64,000 nucleotides of DNA from Mobula hypostoma (Eukaryota): NCBI RefSeq assembly GCF_963921235.1, contig NC_086108.1, positions 77,564,001 through 77,628,000 on the forward strand, given 5' to 3'. The first letter of the stretch is position 1. Every line of letters starts with the position of its first letter. Positions 59,677-64,000 of the stretch are shown here, piece by piece. Below the pieces are notes generated by a model, which had not been told where the DNA came from, made no database searches, and saw nothing but the letters and a program-made list of their open reading frames with translations. The position numbers and the translations under genes were made by a program.

Positions 59677-61074
59677 GAGCATAGAACACAGAACATAAAA
59701 TATTACAGCAAGAACTAAGCCCTTCAGCCCACAATATCTGAGCCGACTATGATCTGAATGAAATAAACTAAAATTAAAGCATTCATATTATGCAAGCCAT
59801 GGTACAAAGAATATTCACAGGGAATGGAAGACTAACAAAAAACTGTGTTTGTACAGTGTGGACTGATTGTGCATGGTGTACTTTTCTGAACTTTAATTAA
59901 ACACAGATCATTTTATTTTCTTAATTGAACACAGATTGTTTTATTTTCTAGGTGAGGAATATTGTAAGCCTTCAATCACATAAAACTAAGAAAAATAATC
60001 AACTACATTATTCCATTCTGTAAAGAATTTCAGTGGTATTGACAAATTGGTCAGATGCTCAATGCTTTCTACACCCCAAACCACACCACAAAATGTGTAG
60101 CATAAGGAAATGTGGCAATATGTGTATGACTGCAGTAAGCAACTACTGTAAGTGTATATTTTGAAGGCCCTAAGGTAGAGCCTTTTGACCGCAAATCACC
60201 ATAGCTGACAGTGAGCTGATCGTTGCTATTTTGGTGCAGTCACCATCTGATCACCTTAATTCAGGCAAATGTAAACCAGCCAATATTTTCTTACAATGCC
60301 TTATGCTGATCTTCCTTTATTAACAGCCTGACAGTTTGGTAGAAGGAAGCAAGGAGAAATATTCACATTGATACAAGGTAGTGACTCTCAAAGCTATTTA
60401 AAAAGAGTCTGTGAATTACTTTTCTCAAAACATTTCCTGCACGTACATTCCAACTGCCTTTCGCTTCCTGGTAGAGGTTATCCAGGAAGAAATCATACTC
60501 AAAATTAATTTATGGTTTTTCTCTTGGTGATGATTAATTTGCTGTGGAGGCATAGTCAATTTAATGGGTAGTGTTGACTTCTTTAGTATTGTGTTTTACC
60601 GTAATGTATTTTTAAAGCTATAATTCCCCTCCAGTTTATACATTGCAACACCTTTAGCTGAATTGCCTGCAGGATGGGATCAACTCACCACTGACTTTAA
60701 TATATATTAAGCCATTCGATCAAGAAATTATGGATTTAGATATTTTAGTCCAAATGAATAAGTAGTACATAAGACCTTTTACACAAGTGGTTAAAATACT
60801 TTGAGCTATTCACTGCACCTTTCAAGTTTTTCATTCTATTTTGGCTTTAAGACTGCCCCTTAGACTTACAAAGATTATTTGTATTTAAGTAACACTCTAA
60901 TGAAATAGAAAGTAATTTTACATTAACTTGCCTTTTCATTTCCCATTTGCTAATAAATAAGCAATGCTTTTCAAATTTCAAATTTTGACAATTGCATATT
61001 GATGACACAATTTACATTTTTTGAGAAAGACAGCAAAAATGAATATTTAAATCAAAGTCAAAATTGTGTTTATT

Positions 61075-64000
61075 TAGTCTTTTTCAATATTTTTATTAAT
61101 TTTTTACATAGGAGAATACAGAGTTCAAGAAAAAAGAAATATATCAAATACATTGTACTGAATCACACATACAAACTCCTTACTCTACATTCATACACAT
61201 TGATTAATTCATAATATTGAACTATAGTAAATTTATTGTATGATAAAAATCTAACCCACTACCAAGACCGAAGCTGATTAGTAAAGGAGAAAAAAGAAAG
61301 AAAAGTAAATTATTAGCCATCATCTGTGCTTTAACGGCAAATCAAAGGTTTTGAAAATAGTTCAAAAAAGGTCCTCACAATGTTTGAAAGATTTGATTAG
61401 ACTCAGAAATTGAACACCGAATCTTCTCTAAATTTAAACATGACATCACATCACGCAGCCATTGAACGTGAATGGGTGGGACCGCATCTTTCCATTTAAG
61501 CAAGAGCGCCCTACTAGCCATAAGAGAAATAAAAGCCAAAATGTGTAAATCAGATTTCTCCAAAATAATATCCTTTCCTCTAACAATACCAAATAAAGCA
61601 GTCAAAGGACTAGGCATAAAATTTACTTTAAAAAGTACCAAGAAGGTTTGAAATACTTCTTTCCAATATTTTTCAAGACTCGGACATGTCCAAAACATAT
61701 GAATGAGTGAAGCTTCTCCATTATTACATCTATCACAATAAGGAGATATATCCAAATAAAAGTGAGACAACTTATACTTGGTCATGTGGGCCCTATGGAC
61801 CACTTTAAATTGTAGGAGAGAGTGGTGAACGCATAACGATGAAACGTTAACCAATTTAAAAATTTCATTCCAAGTTTCCTCAGAAATTGAAGTCTGTAAA
61901 TCTTGTTCCCAAAGATTTTTAATTTTATCTAAAGGAACACTTCTCATTCCCAACAACATATTATAAGTATGAGATATAGATCCATTATAAAAAGGTTTCA
62001 AATTAAAAATTACATCTAGTAGATTCTTACCAGGACTTTTAGGAAATGTACATATTTGAGAGAGTAATAAGTCTCTTATTTGTAGGTATCGAAAAATGTG
62101 AGTTTTGAGTAAGGTATATTTAACTGACAGATGCTCAAACGAAAGGAGACTTCCCTCCACAAACAACTCCTGTAAGCGTTTAATACCTAATCTATCCCAT
62201 TCTTTAAAAGCCACATCTATCATAGAAGATTTTTTTTAAAATTAGAAAAAATGGGACTTGAAAGAGAGAATCTCAATAAGCCAAAGTATTTTTGGAATTG
62301 TACCCAAATTCTCATAGTATGTTTAACTACCAAATTGTCAGTTAACTTACTCAGGGATAAGGGAGATGAGGATCCTAGAAGAGAAATAATAAAAAATATG
62401 TTAACAGAGTTAGCTTCTAAAGAAACCCACATCGGACAATCCTCACGATTAATGTAATATAACCAAAATGTAGGATTACGTATATTACCTGCCCAATAAT
62501 AAAACCTAAAGTTTGGTAAAACTAGCCCTCCATTCTTTTTAGCTTTCTGAAGATGAATTTTGTTTAGTCTAGAACGCTTTTTTTTCGTTATATAGGATGA
62601 TATAATAGAATCAAGAGAATCAAAAAAAGATTTTGGGATAAAATAAGTTAATGTCTGAAAAAGATATATAAATTTAGGTAAAATATTCATTTTAATAGAA
62701 TTAAATCGACCAATCAATGATAATGAAAGAGGCGACCAATTTGATAATATCCTTTTTACATAATTCAATAGGGTAAGAAATTTTTCTTTGAATAAGCACT
62801 TTTAATTTTTAGTAATTGTTATACCTAAGTAAGCAAATAGGTTTCTTACAATTTTAAAAGGAAGGATGGAATTAGTTGATATCCAATTATTCAAAGGAAA
62901 AAGTTCACTCTTATGTAAATTCAATTTATAACCTGAGAACTGGCTAAAACAGGAGAGTAAAGAAAGCGTATGGGATAATGAAGTCTCGACATTAGAAATA
63001 AAGAGCAATAGATCATCAGCATAAAGCAAAACTGTGTGGATAATGCCTTTCCTTAAAATACCAGTGATATCATTAGATTCTCGAAAGGCTATGGCTAAGG
63101 CTTCTGAAGTCAGATCAAAAAGCAAAGGAATCAATGGACAGCCTTGTCTGGTACCACATTGAAGCTTAAATGGTTTGGAGTTCTGAGAATTAGTGATAAC
63201 CCTAGCGGAGGGAGCTAAACAAAGTAATTTAATCCATTAAATGAAATCAGGTCCAAAATTGAATTTTTCTAAAATGTTAAATAAATAATTCCATTCAACT
63301 CTGTCAAAAGCCTTCTCAGCATCTAGGGATACCACACATCCCGATATCTCCTTAGAAGGAGAATAGATAACATTTAGTAAACGACGATTATTAAAATGAG
63401 AATATCGATTTTTGTTAAGTCTAGTCTGATTATCAGAAATGACAGATGGTAAAATATTTTCAATCCTATGGGCCAAAACTTTAGATAGAATCTTAGTATC
63501 AACATTAAGTAAAGAAATTGGTCTGTAGGAAGAGCATTCAATTGGATCCTTATTCTTTTTGAGGATAAGCGAAATGGAAGCCTCATAAAAAGATTGAGGC
63601 AGCCTGCCCAACTTAAATTAATCTGAAAAAAACAGAACATAAATGAGGTATAAGCAGTGAGGAAAAGGTCTTACAAAACTCTCCAGAAAATCCATCTGGA
63701 CCCAGAGCTTTCCTCGAGTGCAACAAGCGTACAGCCTCGACAATTTCCTGAAAAGGAATAGGTTGTACCAACTGCTTTCTGTTGTCAACAGAGATTGTGG
63801 GAATGTTAAATTGGTCTAAAAAATTGTTCATTACAGTGTTATCCTTAGGAGAGTCAGAGCTATAAAGTCCAGAATAAAATTCTCTAAAAGTATCATTTAT
63901 TTCTAAATGATCAATTGTCCTATCACCGTTAGTTTTACGTATTTCTTTAATCTGCGGTTTAGCTATAAAGGTTTTAATTTGATTAGCCAATAATTTACCT
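61075..64000 (-). mobile_element. L1-clade LINE ORF2 pseudogene (RT plus zinc knuckle), frameshifted, runs off the window
   Basis: KALGPDGF, SYRPISLLNVDTKIL, SLDAEKAFDRVEW, LYADDLLL, CDRC..HMFWTC across several frames. Confidence 0.93.

Overview
Eukaryotic, repeat-rich, AT-rich DNA with no recognisable intact host gene, so probably intronic or intergenic. The repeat families point to a cartilaginous fish, plausibly a ray; this is an inference, not a database result. The window is a mosaic of nested retroelements: young and old CR1 LINEs, Rex1/Babar-like LINEs, RTE LINEs and their non-autonomous derivatives, two L1-clade fragments, many Penelope-like element (PLE) fragments with GIY-YIG endonuclease, V-SINE/DeuSINE-like SINEs, an internally deleted chromodomain Gypsy LTR element, solo LTRs, and Tc1/hAT MITE remnants. 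Several insertions retain readable target-site duplications (TSDs), which allows their order to be reconstructed. The most notable signals are three. (1) PLE pseudo-LTRs carry a minimal type-I hammerhead ribozyme, with one intact copy at 26288-26323 and about ten decayed copies. (2) Short fold-back or inverted PLE mini-insertions have junctions that repeatedly fall inside that ribozyme. (3) The chromovirus shows an 11-bp LTR/PBS complementarity that suggests tRNA-independent Tf1/sushi-type self-priming. Boundaries of old fragments are approximate and were read by eye.
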